Below, in pieces: positions 1 through 9,899 of a DNA stretch of 64,000 nt (the first letter of the stretch is position 1; each line of letters begins with the position of its first letter). Source of the stretch: Marispirochaeta sp. (lineage in GTDB: Bacteria > Spirochaetota > Spirochaetia > JC444 > Marispirochaetaceae); NCBI GenBank assembly GCA_963676835.2, contig CAXXFF010000002.1, positions 128,001-192,000 of the forward strand, in the 5' to 3' direction. Below the pieces are notes generated by a model that saw nothing but the letters and a program-made list of their open reading frames with translations, searched no databases and was not told where the DNA came from. The translations under genes were made by a program, and so were the position numbers.

Positions 1-1
1 A

Positions 2-1150
2 GCACCGGTTATTTCCTGTGATACAGACTTTCTCAGCACTGCGGAAGCTTCCGGATTCCTGCCCCTGCATATTCTGGACAGCACCAGCCTGCGTCACCTT
101 GACACTATTCCTCCGGACAGGCTCCTCTTTCATTCTCTTCCTTCCGCCCTTGAATGGGCAGGAAATCATCCTTCGGGACTTGCAGATCTTGAGAGCATGA
201 TAAAACTCGGTGCCGGAGCCCTCAAAGAAGGTGAGCTGACCGCCTTCCCTACAGAAACTGTGTACGGCCTGGGCGCTAATGCCCTGGACTCCCTGGCGGT
301 GGAAAAAATCTTTACAGCAAAGAAAAGACCAAAATACGACCCTTTGATTCTGCATATTTCGGAAATGGATCAACTGAATCAACTGGTTTCCTCCATTCCA
401 GACAATGCCCTGAAACTGGCAGAAAAATTCTGGCCCGGGCCGCTGACCATGGTGTTTCCCAAAAGCAGCCTTGTTCCGGATATCTGCACCTCAGGGCATC
501 CCACGGTAGCAGTCCGCATGCCCTCCAACCCCTGGGCGCGGAAGCTTATTCATCAGGCGGGAGTTCCGGTTGCCGCACCGAGTGCCAATCTTTTCGGGCG
601 TACCAGCCCCACAACGGCTGCCCATGTAGCGGAGCAGCTTGAGGGAAGCTATTCGGTACTCATTGATGCCGGAGCCTGCAGGGTCGGCGTTGAATCCACT
701 GTGCTTTCCCTGACCGGCAACAAGCCGCAGCTGCTCAGAGCCGGAGGGATAAGCCGGGAAGCAATAGAGAGGGTTATTGGTCCCATTGAGATTCCGGAGG
801 CAAAGCATGCGAAAGACTCGGAGAGCCCGGGCATGCTCCCCAATCATTATGCTCCCCGAACCCCTCTCATGATGGTTCCCGATGTCAGGGATTACACGGA
901 AAACCACGATATCGGGGTAATCCTGTACAAGGAGTATGCAGAAGAGTTTAATGGCCCGGTCCGAAGCATCAGCCGCCGCAGGGATCCACGGGAAATAGCC
1001 CTGGGGATTTATGCTGCCCTGAGAGAACTGGACAATGAAGATATTTCTCTCATTGTAGCAGAATGGTGTCCCGAAGAAGGTATTGGAGCGGCGGTTAACG
1101 ACCGGCTGAAGAAGGCCTCAGCCCCTGCTGTAATCAGTACGGAAAAATAA
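2..1150 (+). CDS. tsaC: Threonylcarbamoyl-AMP synthase (Sua5/TsaC with SUA5 C-terminal domain); frame is open back to the window edge, so 5'-partial
   Basis: AFPTETVYGLGA, KKRPxxDPLI, AAPSAN, SPGMLxxHYAP motifs; frame 2 has no stop from nt 2 to the ATG at 197. Confidence 0.92.
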   Translation, partial: APVISCDTDFLSTAEASGFLPLHILDSTSLRHLDTIPPDRLLFHSLPSALEWAGNHPSGLADLESMIKLGAGALKEGELTAFPTETVYGLGANALDSLAVEKIFTAKKRPKYDPLILHISEMDQLNQLVSSIPDNALKLAEKFWPGPLTMVFPKSSLVPDICTSGHPTVAVRMPSNPWARKLIHQAGVPVAAPSANLFGRTSPTTAAHVAEQLEGSYSVLIDAGACRVGVESTVLSLTGNKPQLLRAGGISREAIERVIGPIEIPEAKHAKDSESPGMLPNHYAPRTPLMMVPDVRDYTENHDIGVILYKEYAEEFNGPVRSISRRRDPREIALGIYAALRELDNEDISLIVAEWCPEEGIGAAVNDRLKKASAPAVISTEK

Positions 1151-1152
1151 AA

Positions 1153-2499
1153 GTGGAAGAGCAGAATGCCATGGAACCTCACAAACTGAATTTCAGGCTG
1201 AGAATGCTGAAAACCCTGCGCAGCAGTATTCAGAAATATGAAGATCAGATTACTGCCGCCCTTGAAAAGGACCTTGGAAAAAGCTCTTTTGAGGCCTATG
1301 CTACAGAAACCGGCCTTATCTACAATGAGTTAAGTTATGCGATCCGCAGACTCAGACTCTGGGCCCGTCCACGCAGGGTAGGTTCACCGCTGGTGCTCTG
1401 GCCTGCGGTAAGCCGGGTGTATCCCGTCCCCCTGGGCCGGGTGCTGATAATTGCCCCCTGGAACTACCCTTTTCAGCTGCAGATCGCTCCTTTAATAGCT
1501 GCTATTGCAGCCGGTAACCGGGCAATCCTGAAGCCTTCAGAACTTACCCCCGCAACCGCAGATGTTATTCAGAAGATGATTTCGGAATCCTTTCCCCGGG
1601 ACTATATCTCGGTGGTGTGCGGCGAAGGAGCTGTTGTTGTTCCGGATCTTATACAAAATGAAAGCTTTGACCATATTTTCTTCACCGGAGGAACAAGGAC
1701 AGGCGGGAAGATTGCCGCCCAGGCCGCGGAACAGCACATTCCGGTAACCCTGGAACTGGGGGGTAAAAGTCCCGCTATTGTAGACAGCAGTGCAGATATA
1801 GCCAACGCTGCGAAGAGTATTATCTATGGAAAAAGTATCAATGCCGGGCAGTCCTGCATTGCCCCGGATTATCTGCTGATTCATCAATCATTAAAGGATG
1901 AGTTTATAAATGAGGCAAAGAAAACTGTTCAGTCATTCTTTCCTGATGGGGCGCTTTTTTCACCGGACTACGGCCGCATCATCAACCGGTCCCGTTTCGA
2001 TTTTCTCAGCGGACTGCTTAAAGATGGCACAGTACTTATCGGCGGCGGCAGCAGCACTGAAAATCTGAAGATAGAACCTGCGGTAATGGAGAACATCGAT
2101 CCTCAATCTCCGCTGCTGTCGGATGAGATATTCGGCCCCATACTTCCACTTTTTACCTGGGAAACCAGAGAAGAGCTCTCCGACCTTCTCGATCAGAGAC
2201 CGGACCCTCTGGCGCTCTACCTCTTTACCTCGTCAGACAGCCTGCAGGAATATATATTTACCAGACACAGCTTCGGCGGGGGCTGTGTAAATGATACTAT
2301 GCTTCATTTTGCAAATCCGGCCCTTCCCTTCGGCGGTACCGGGAAGTCCGGCCGGGGAAACTATCACGGCAAGGCGGGATTTATAACCATGTCTCATATG
2401 CGTTCCATGGTTCACAGTCCCCGAAGATTCTCCCTGCCCTTCAAGTTTCCTCCCTACACCCGGAGTGCCCACCGTATAGTACGAAGATTCCTGCGCTAA
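1153..2499 (+). CDS. Aldehyde dehydrogenase (ALDH3-like)
   Basis: IAPWNYP, FFTGG, LELGGKSP, NAGQSCIAPD (catalytic Cys), EIFGP, PFGGxGxSG. Confidence 0.93.
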   Translation: MEEQNAMEPHKLNFRLRMLKTLRSSIQKYEDQITAALEKDLGKSSFEAYATETGLIYNELSYAIRRLRLWARPRRVGSPLVLWPAVSRVYPVPLGRVLIIAPWNYPFQLQIAPLIAAIAAGNRAILKPSELTPATADVIQKMISESFPRDYISVVCGEGAVVVPDLIQNESFDHIFFTGGTRTGGKIAAQAAEQHIPVTLELGGKSPAIVDSSADIANAAKSIIYGKSINAGQSCIAPDYLLIHQSLKDEFINEAKKTVQSFFPDGALFSPDYGRIINRSRFDFLSGLLKDGTVLIGGGSSTENLKIEPAVMENIDPQSPLLSDEIFGPILPLFTWETREELSDLLDQRPDPLALYLFTSSDSLQEYIFTRHSFGGGCVNDTMLHFANPALPFGGTGKSGRGNYHGKAGFITMSHMRSMVHSPRRFSLPFKFPPYTRSAHRIVRRFLR

Positions 2500-2990
2500 T
2501 GGCTGAGAAATTCTTTTATAGCCTTCCAGTCTTCAAGCTTTTTTTCATATGCGACAGCATGTGCAGGACTGGTTGAGGGAAGCCGGAAAAGCTGCATTCC
2601 CTCCGGCAGCTCCACATGGCGCTTGAACAACTGAAAAGATTTGCTGCCGTTACAGAAGACAACGCGTATTGATGGATACAGGGCGAAGAGACCGGCAAAA
2701 TCATTCGGTTCCGGATTTTTAATATTCTGATCAAGACTGCCTTCACGGCTGCAGGCGGAAATAACATCCCACAGGGCAATACCATGCAGGGTAAGCTGCT
2801 GCTTCCTCTTTTCGTATTCAGGCGCCAGATCCTCTTCAAGAAGCTCCCCCATAATTTTCCAGAAGGAGTTCCGGGGATGCCCATAGTACTGCTGAACCCT
2901 CAGGGATTCCACGCCCGGGATAGATCCCAGGATAAGAACCACCGGATTATCTCCGCAGACAGGAGGAAAAGAGTGAATCAGCCCTGCCAT
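2496..2990 (-). CDS. DNA-deoxyinosine (hypoxanthine-DNA) glycosylase, UDG superfamily
   Basis: LILGSIPGxxSL..QYYGHPRNxFW, IALWDV, GSLD..I, LPSTSPA. Confidence 0.88.
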   Translation of the reverse strand: MAGLIHSFPPVCGDNPVVLILGSIPGVESLRVQQYYGHPRNSFWKIMGELLEEDLAPEYEKRKQQLTLHGIALWDVISACSREGSLDQNIKNPEPNDFAGLFALYPSIRVVFCNGSKSFQLFKRHVELPEGMQLFRLPSTSPAHAVAYEKKLEDWKAIKEFLSH

Positions 2991-3757
2991 ACCTTCATTG
3001 CGGCTTTCACAGAGCGGGCCATTTCGGCTGCATAGTCTGCGGTATATTTTCTCGCAAAAAGATCCTGCCCATAGTTTTCCCCGCCACTTTCGAAACTGCC
3101 GTCTTTGTAATAACGCTTTTCTACAGGAGCATACAGATCCGCCAGCTCTTCCGAACTCAGACGATGGTAGGTATCTTCAAAAAAGAGTTTTTCCCTGTCA
3201 ACTTTAGGCGTTGGCCGCCGGTTGTAGTAGTCGCCCCGGGAGTAGCCGGCAACCACAAGGGAGAGGGGAAAAACAAAGTCAGGAAGATTGAAAATCTTCC
3301 GGTGTTCTTCATAATTCTCCATGATATCTCCAATATAGCATGAGCCGAGCCCCATGGATTCAGCCGCAAGCACCGAAGTATGAGCAGCAATCATTGCATC
3401 CTGGCAGGCAAGCATAAGAAATCCCTCATCGGGAGTTGCGAACTCTTTGCCGGTTTTAGCGGCATACTCTGCAGCACCTGAATAGTCAAGATAATCATAG
3501 AGGCGCTGACAGTCAGCCAGAAACAGCAGCACCACAGGGGCCTGGGCAATAAAGGGCTGATTGTCGCATGTCTTTGCCAGGGTGTCCTTGAGGTTCTGAT
3601 CTTTTACCCGGATTACCGAGTAGAGAGCCATACTTCCGGCGGTGGGTGCATAACGCACCGCACCGAGGATCATATCTACTTTTTCTTCAGGCACCCTGCG
3701 GTCCGCAAAGGATCGCAGGGATTTGCGGTTATAAAGAAGCTTCAGAGTCTCATTCAT
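2978..3757 (-). CDS. Nitroreductase / flavin reductase (NfsA/Frp-like)
   Basis: RKSLRSF, APTAG, QPFIAQAP, AAESMGLGSCYIG. Confidence 0.88.
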   Translation of the reverse strand: MNETLKLLYNRKSLRSFADRRVPEEKVDMILGAVRYAPTAGSMALYSVIRVKDQNLKDTLAKTCDNQPFIAQAPVVLLFLADCQRLYDYLDYSGAAEYAAKTGKEFATPDEGFLMLACQDAMIAAHTSVLAAESMGLGSCYIGDIMENYEEHRKIFNLPDFVFPLSLVVAGYSRGDYYNRRPTPKVDREKLFFEDTYHRLSSEELADLYAPVEKRYYKDGSFESGGENYGQDLFARKYTADYAAEMARSVKAAMKVWQG

Positions 3758-3769
3758 TATTCGGGTATA

Positions 3770-4750
3770 TCAGATAATTCCCTTCTCGCCCAGATAGCGT
3801 TCTGCATCAAGGGCAGCCATACAGCCCGAACCTGCAGCGCTAATCGCCTGGCGGTAGACTTTATCCTTCACGTCGCCGCAGGCAAAAACACCTTCAATTT
3901 CCGTTGCGGTTGAATCAGGCTTGGCCTTAAGATAGCCTGTCTCATCTGTGGGAAGCTGACCGCCGAGGAATTCGGTATTCGGTTTATGGCCGATGGCATA
4001 GAAAAGACCCTTGGCGGGGATTTCAGACTCTTCGCCGGTCTGGTTATTCTTTACCTTTATACCGCCGAGAAACTGCATGCCGAACTTATTCGCCTCACCT
4101 TTCACAGCCTCAACGGCATTGGTGTTCCAGTGGATTTTGATTTTCTCGTTATTGAATACCCGTTCCTGCATGGCCTTGCTTGCCCGGAACACATCCCGGC
4201 GGACCAGCATATGAATGGTAGAGCCGAACTTTGACAGGTAGGTTGCCTCTTCACAGGCGGTATCTCCTCCGCCGATTACAATCAGGGGCTGGTCTCGGTA
4301 CATGGGAAGGGCGCCATCACATACGGCACAGGCGGAAATTCCTTTCTGCCAGAGCTCATCTTCTCCTGTAATATGCAGCCGCTGTGCAGTTGCACCTGTT
4401 GCAATTATCACAGCATGGGCCAGGTAAGTCTCACCGCCGACGACAACCTTTTTCGGTTCGCTTTTCAGGTCCACCGAGTCGACAGTCTTTGTCTCAATCC
4501 TGGCTCCGTATTTAAGAGACTGGGCCCTCATCTGATCCATCAGCTCCGGTCCGCTTATGGCTTCCGGAAACCCCGGGAAATTCTCTATCTCCGTGGTGGT
4601 TGTCAGCTGTCCGCCTGCGGCAACTCCCCCCGCCATAAATCCTTCAAACATAAGGGGTTTGAGTTCTGCCCGGGCTGCATAAATAGCAGCAGTATGCCCT
4701 GCGGGGCCTGATCCTATAATGATTACATTTTCAACAGCTTCAGATGCCAT
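3770..4750 (-). CDS. trxB: Thioredoxin-disulfide reductase
   Basis: GSGPAG, GGQLTTTTEIENFPGFP, CAVCDG, GGGD, YRQAISAAGSGC; start reassigned to ATG 4750 with AGGAGG SD. Confidence 0.96.
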   Translation of the reverse strand: MASEAVENVIIIGSGPAGHTAAIYAARAELKPLMFEGFMAGGVAAGGQLTTTTEIENFPGFPEAISGPELMDQMRAQSLKYGARIETKTVDSVDLKSEPKKVVVGGETYLAHAVIIATGATAQRLHITGEDELWQKGISACAVCDGALPMYRDQPLIVIGGGDTACEEATYLSKFGSTIHMLVRRDVFRASKAMQERVFNNEKIKIHWNTNAVEAVKGEANKFGMQFLGGIKVKNNQTGEESEIPAKGLFYAIGHKPNTEFLGGQLPTDETGYLKAKPDSTATEIEGVFACGDVKDKVYRQAISAAGSGCMAALDAERYLGEKGII

Positions 4751-4768
4751 ACAAATCCTCCTGCTCTT

Positions 4769-4797
4769 AATATATATTTTTTCATATATAGCGTCAA
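4769..4797 (-). promoter_or_regulatory. sigma70-type promoter of trxB operon
   Basis: TTGACG-N17-TATATT on minus strand, upstream of AGGAGG. Confidence 0.65.
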
Positions 4798-5288
4798 TAC
4801 AATATTTCTTGTGCGAATTTTTCGCCAGCCCGGTCCATGATACCCTCTTCCCAGATATCAAGCTGTGCATCCGCTGATTCAACTGCAGCCCTGAGCCTTG
4901 AATGGCTGATTTCTACAGATCCTGAAACTCTGGCGGCAAGGGCACCTGTTTTATCCAGAATATCGATATCCAGAACTACCCGGCACTCAAGACTCACAAA
5001 GGCAATACCCGCCTGACGTTTTACATCCTGAATTTCAGCGTTACGTACCATGAGAGCAACACCGTCTTCACTGTAGAGACTATCAAGCCTTAAAGCCCGG
5101 TTCAGAGAACGGATAAAGGTAATATTTCCGGCATCATCCCTGTCGGCATAAAACATACTGCCTTCAGGAAGTGCTCCTTCAAGTACAAGCCCCGAACCGC
5201 TGTGGCTGTTCAGGCCGGCACATCCAGTCAGGAACAACCATACAAGCAAGGCCGTCCCGAAAACAGGAAAAATCCTTCTAATGTTCAT
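4794..5288 (-). CDS. Hypothetical lipoprotein
   Basis: Signal peptide with lipobox LTGC. Confidence 0.7.
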   Translation of the reverse strand: MNIRRIFPVFGTALLVWLFLTGCAGLNSHSGSGLVLEGALPEGSMFYADRDDAGNITFIRSLNRALRLDSLYSEDGVALMVRNAEIQDVKRQAGIAFVSLECRVVLDIDILDKTGALAARVSGSVEISHSRLRAAVESADAQLDIWEEGIMDRAGEKFAQEILY

Positions 5289-5323
5289 CTGTTAAAAATA
5301 GCCTATTGATAGTTGCGGAGCAA

Positions 5324-6283
5324 CTATCCGAGGCCGCTGATTTTCAAAACAGTGAGAAAAAGAGAAATGGTAAGAAAACAGGCGGCGGTACTTACCACAA
5401 TAATACTTCCGGCTATATGCCGGTCTCCGCCCATGGCATCGGTCATTGCATAGCTTGCAACAGCTGCAGGCGCTCCGGCGTAGATACTGAGTATGAGCAG
5501 AGGCTCATTGCGTACCCCCATGAGAATACCGAACAGAAGCGCCAGAACCGGCATTACTATCAGCTTGAAAAAACTGCTCGCAGCTGCCACGGGGTATCTG
5601 CCTCCTGTGGAGTAGCGGCCTACAGACCCGCCGATACCGACAAGAGCAAGGGGCAGCGCAAGGTAGCGAAGATACCAGAGAGCGTCTGAAAATACCCTGG
5701 GCAGGGGAATATTGTTAAGGGAGAAGAAAATGCCAAGGAGAATAGACACGGTAAGGGGATTCTGGAAACTCCTGAGAATTACCAGTCCAAGTTTTTTCAG
5801 TGGATGTGATGCTGCAGATGAATCCACCGCACAGGAAGTGAGAATCAGTACACTGGCGACATTATGAATAAGCAGAAAAAACGCCAGCAGAACAGCCCCG
5901 TGAGGAAGCCAGGAGGACCCCAGAACCTGATCGACCACCGCAAGACCTATAATTGCGAAATTTCCACGAACCATTCCCTGAAGAAAGGGACCTTTCCTTG
6001 GAGGATCCAGCTTCAGAATCCGCGCAAAGGCATAACCTGCAACAGTGGTAATAATAATGGCGCCGATAAATGCAAGAACTTCCCGCCAGGGAAGTTCTCC
6101 GGAAAAGTCGGCATTGCTTACACTCAGGAAAACCAGCGCAGGCATGGCAATATAAAAAACCAGCCTGTTGGCACTGATGATAAAGCCGTCATCTATCCAT
6201 TTAGCGGTAAAAGCCACATACCCGAGAAACATCACCAGAAAAATCGGCGTGATCTTGAGAAGAATCAGCAGGAGGACAGTCAA
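5324..6283 (-). CDS. AEC (auxin efflux carrier-like) family transporter
   Basis: ~10 TM segments; NRLVFYIAMPAL, GNFAIIGL, NPL, PAAVASY motifs. Confidence 0.85.
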   Translation of the reverse strand: MTVLLLILLKITPIFLVMFLGYVAFTAKWIDDGFIISANRLVFYIAMPALVFLSVSNADFSGELPWREVLAFIGAIIITTVAGYAFARILKLDPPRKGPFLQGMVRGNFAIIGLAVVDQVLGSSWLPHGAVLLAFFLLIHNVASVLILTSCAVDSSAASHPLKKLGLVILRSFQNPLTVSILLGIFFSLNNIPLPRVFSDALWYLRYLALPLALVGIGGSVGRYSTGGRYPVAAASSFFKLIVMPVLALLFGILMGVRNEPLLILSIYAGAPAAVASYAMTDAMGGDRHIAGSIIVVSTAACFLTISLFLTVLKISGLG

Positions 6284-6294
6284 GGTATTCTCCC

Positions 6295-7749
6295 CTATCT
6301 ACGCCAGAAAGAGGGAACCAGCAGGATCAGTACGGTATACACCTCAAGACGACCGACCAGCATGGCCAGACTGAGTACCCATTTTATGTAGGGCTCATAA
6401 AAGGCGTAATTCATTGCCGGGCCAACCTTGGCAAAACCGGGACCGATATTTCCCACCGTTGCCAGAGCACTGGAGAAAGAGGTAACCAGATCGTATCCTC
6501 CAAGAGCAACTACTCCCGTGGTTACCAGCAAACAGAGGATGTACAGGAAAAAGAATCCCAGTACGGTATAGACAAAATCCTTGCGCACCGGTTCTCCGTT
6601 AATCCGTACCTGATGTACCCCGTTATGCCGCAGCAGATACTTCATCTCGGTTACCGCCTGTTTAAACAGGGTTACAATACGGATAACCTTGATACCACCC
6701 CCGGTTGACCCGGAACAGCCGCCGACAAACATGAGAAAGAAGAGAACATACTTGGCAAACTCCGGCCAGAGATCAAAATCGGCTGTGGCGTAACCGGTGG
6801 TGGTTATAACTGTGGCCGACTGAAATCCGGCATAGCGGAGACTCTGGGCAAAACTGGGATAGACTACCTTGTTGATGGAAACAGCAATAGCCAGGGTGGT
6901 TATACCGAAGATAAGCAGATAGGCCACAAACTCGGTATTCTTAATCAGATCCCTGAACCGGCCCTGAAGGGCCCGGAAATAGAGGCCGAAATTAAGCCCC
7001 GCAGCAACCATAAAGACAGTAATAACCACATCGATATAGGCGGAATTATAGTGCCCGACACTGGCAGCCTTGGGAGAAAATCCACCGGTTGCGAGGGTTC
7101 CGAAGGTATGGGTCAGGGCATCAAAGAGATTCATACCGCCGAACATCAGCAGCACCGTCTCAATAATTGTCAGCCCGAGATAAATCAGCCACAGAATCTT
7201 GGCAGTCTCTGCAACCTTGGGGGTGATCTTTTCCAGAGTAGGCCCGGGAGATTCAGCCCGCATGAGCTGAGCTCCGCCGACACCGAGAATCGGGAGGATT
7301 GCGACGGTAAGTACAACTATACCCATACCTCCCAGCCAGTGGGTAAGGGAGCGCCAGAAAAGCAGCGCCGGTGACATGGCTTCAATGTCAGTAAGAATGG
7401 AGGCTCCGGTGGTGGTAAAACCGGATATGGTTTCAAAATAGGCGTCAGTATAGAAAGGGATCTCTCCGGAAAGAAAGAAGGGCAGCGCCCCTACACCGGA
7501 AGCGACAATCCAGCTTAAGGTTACCATCAGGAATCCCTCTTTTGCCCGCAGATAGCGGCGGCGGAAGGGCCTGGTGGCAAAATAAACAATAATACAAAGA
7601 ACTATAGCCGGAACAATGGTCTCCAGAAATGCCGCTGTAACCACGCTGTTGTGGTTGTAGACAGCAATCCCGAGAGGAACCAGCATGAAAAGAGAGACAA
7701 TAAAAATCAGCGCCGCCAGTATGTTGAGTATCAGACTGTACTGGATCAT
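6295..7749 (-). CDS. trkH: Trk K+ uptake membrane subunit
   Basis: FETISGFTTTG, WLGGMG, TGGFS, TTTGY, GSTGGGIK, GNIGPG, GRLE. Confidence 0.95.
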   Translation of the reverse strand: MIQYSLILNILAALIFIVSLFMLVPLGIAVYNHNSVVTAAFLETIVPAIVLCIIVYFATRPFRRRYLRAKEGFLMVTLSWIVASGVGALPFFLSGEIPFYTDAYFETISGFTTTGASILTDIEAMSPALLFWRSLTHWLGGMGIVVLTVAILPILGVGGAQLMRAESPGPTLEKITPKVAETAKILWLIYLGLTIIETVLLMFGGMNLFDALTHTFGTLATGGFSPKAASVGHYNSAYIDVVITVFMVAAGLNFGLYFRALQGRFRDLIKNTEFVAYLLIFGITTLAIAVSINKVVYPSFAQSLRYAGFQSATVITTTGYATADFDLWPEFAKYVLFFLMFVGGCSGSTGGGIKVIRIVTLFKQAVTEMKYLLRHNGVHQVRINGEPVRKDFVYTVLGFFFLYILCLLVTTGVVALGGYDLVTSFSSALATVGNIGPGFAKVGPAMNYAFYEPYIKWVLSLAMLVGRLEVYTVLILLVPSFWRR

Positions 7750-9149
7750 TGGCCTGAAATCGTCCCTTCAATTTTCTTGATATCGTCGGTGCGGGCAATA
7801 ATCAGAACCCGGTCTCCAAGCTGCAGGGTCACATCACCATGGGGAAGTATATGCTCGTTCTGGCGCACTACAAGCAGAATCAGGCTCTGTTTGGGAAGTT
7901 TAATATCCTTAACGGCCTTACCCACAATCCCGGATCCCTTCTCCAGGGCAAATTCAATAATCTCGAACATACTGTCCGAAATGGTATGCACACTGCGTAT
8001 ATTGCCCCGGCGGATAATCTTCAGAATTGAATTGACCAGAGCATTGTTAAGACTGACCACCACATCGATCCCCAGATCCTGGGCAATGTTCATGTACCCC
8101 TTTTTCTGAACTAGAGCGATGGTACGGTCGATTCCCATCTTCTTGGCATACATGGCGGTGATAATGTTGAGCTCCTGATTACCCGTTGCAGTCAGCAGCA
8201 GATCATAACCTTCAATCTCACCGGACTCAAGAATCCCTTCATCGGAAATATCCGCGTGGGTAACCTGAGACTCAGGGTAGCGGTCGATCAGGGATTTACA
8301 TTTATCATAATCCTGCTCGATAAAATGGACCTGACGGTTTTTACCGGGAATGATCTTTTTGAACATCCGGGTAAAGAAGCTGGCTCCGGGGTTGGAACCC
8401 TGATACAGGTCATCGGCAATATAGCGGCTGATCTTTCCGCCGCCGGCAATGGCAATCCTGTTTATGGCAGCCCGTTTACGGCCGTTTATCTCAAGGATTG
8501 TATCCAGTTCCGGTTCGCTTCCCAGCAGATAGAGCTGGTCGCCGGCATATACAACCGTATCTCCCGAGGGGATAATATAGGAATCGTTCCGGGCCAGAAG
8601 TGCTATAAGAAAAACACTGTCCACTTCGGAACGGATTGTGCGTATGGGCTTGCCGACAAAATCGGAGTCTTCCGGTATAGTCACGTCGCAGAGCTGCAGG
8701 TCTCCCTGATCAAAAAAGAGAATATTGCTCTTTGCTCCCCAGTCAATGGCCCTGACCACCACCCTGGCAGCTTCAATCTCGGGGTTTACCACATGATTAA
8801 TGCCGAATAATGGATGCTCAAGCATACGGGATGCCGAGTAGTCAAGATTTCTGACCCTGGCCACGGTTACTGGTTTGGAAAACTCTGCAGCAACCAGTCC
8901 GCAGGAGATCATGTTGATTTCATCACTGTCTGTTACAGCAACGAAAAAGTCCGCGTCTTCAATTCCGGCTTCCCGGAGAACTGCGGGGCTGTTGCCCTCC
9001 TCGTTGATAACGTGACAGTCCACCGTGTTGGAAAGCTGTTTAGCCTTTGCCGAGTCCTTTTCGATAACCGTAACCTGCTTGTCTTCTCCCACGAGCTGAC
9101 GGGCAAGCTGAAAACCGATGCGGCCGGCGCCAAGTATAATCACCTTCAT
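7746..9149 (-). CDS. trkA: Trk K+ uptake regulatory subunit (tandem RCK)
   Basis: GAGRIG and GGGKIS Rossmann motifs, VTDSDEINM, two TrkA_C domains; overlaps trkH. Confidence 0.93.
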   Translation of the reverse strand: MKVIILGAGRIGFQLARQLVGEDKQVTVIEKDSAKAKQLSNTVDCHVINEEGNSPAVLREAGIEDADFFVAVTDSDEINMISCGLVAAEFSKPVTVARVRNLDYSASRMLEHPLFGINHVVNPEIEAARVVVRAIDWGAKSNILFFDQGDLQLCDVTIPEDSDFVGKPIRTIRSEVDSVFLIALLARNDSYIIPSGDTVVYAGDQLYLLGSEPELDTILEINGRKRAAINRIAIAGGGKISRYIADDLYQGSNPGASFFTRMFKKIIPGKNRQVHFIEQDYDKCKSLIDRYPESQVTHADISDEGILESGEIEGYDLLLTATGNQELNIITAMYAKKMGIDRTIALVQKKGYMNIAQDLGIDVVVSLNNALVNSILKIIRRGNIRSVHTISDSMFEIIEFALEKGSGIVGKAVKDIKLPKQSLILLVVRQNEHILPHGDVTLQLGDRVLIIARTDDIKKIEGTISGQ

Positions 9150-9263
9150 TGGAGGATACGTTATGCTATCCTTATTGGCCTGTCAACTGTTATTGCAATG
9201 CAGGAGAGCAATAACTATCTCATCACTCCAAATATTGCTCCGTCTGTAACAGAAAAATCGACT

Positions 9264-9779
9264 TTACCCCTCTATTAGAGGTAAGATTGTACTCAAAATT
9301 CTGTCAACAGCCAAAATTGTATTCTTTTTTGAAGAGGCCATGGTTAATGCATCAATCTCGATATCCTTTTTCTTCCACTTACCTGAGTCTGCGGTGATTA
9401 TCAGGCTGTAAAGGCCCTGATCCTTGCGTTCCCGCAGCAGCATATCGGCCGCTTCTGGAATGTCTCCGGACTCAACGGTGGTAAAGAGCACAATATGATC
9501 CCAATTCTCTTCCACTGGAAGTGATGCTTTAGTTATCTCACCCACGGAAATACGGATACCGGTTCCTGCAGTCCTTTCTGCCAGCCCGGACATTACCTCG
9601 TCTTTGAAACTGCTGCTTTGAGTCAGCACAAGAACAGTCTTGGCGCCGCCTTCTGGATTAAGGGTATAAGGCTCAACGATGCCCTGACTTTTGACAATCC
9701 GATAGGTTAACGCCGATCCGACAAAAAGAACCAGCAGAGAAGCAAGTACAATACCTGTTACCTTGAAAATTTTCTTCAC
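9264..9779 (-). CDS. Hypothetical membrane-anchored protein
   Basis: N-terminal TM helix; GAGGAGG SD before GTG; divergent from padR. Confidence 0.7.
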   Translation of the reverse strand: MKKIFKVTGIVLASLLVLFVGSALTYRIVKSQGIVEPYTLNPEGGAKTVLVLTQSSSFKDEVMSGLAERTAGTGIRISVGEITKASLPVEENWDHIVLFTTVESGDIPEAADMLLRERKDQGLYSLIITADSGKWKKKDIEIDALTMASSKKNTILAVDRILSTILPLIEG

Positions 9780-9790
9780 AGTTTCCTCCT

Positions 9791-9846
9791 CTATTCAATA
9801 TTGAGTAGTATACGACCTCTTTTCCAACTATTCAAGTTTTAATAGT
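9791..9846. promoter_or_regulatory. Two related palindromes, putative PadR operators
   Basis: CTATTCAATATTGAGTAG (9791-9808) and ACTATTCAAGTTTTAATAGT (9827-9846). Confidence 0.6.
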
Positions 9847-9899
9847 TTATTTTTACTACTTTATATTATATACTCCAGTCTGCAGCCAGGAGGTACATA

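Noticed and set aside
18..200. 60-aa ORF
   Set aside because: Alternative frame over the open tsaC-fusion frame
4751..4882. N-terminal extension of trxB in the ORF track
   Set aside because: Overlaps the upstream gene and promoter; the AGGAGG SD supports ATG 4750
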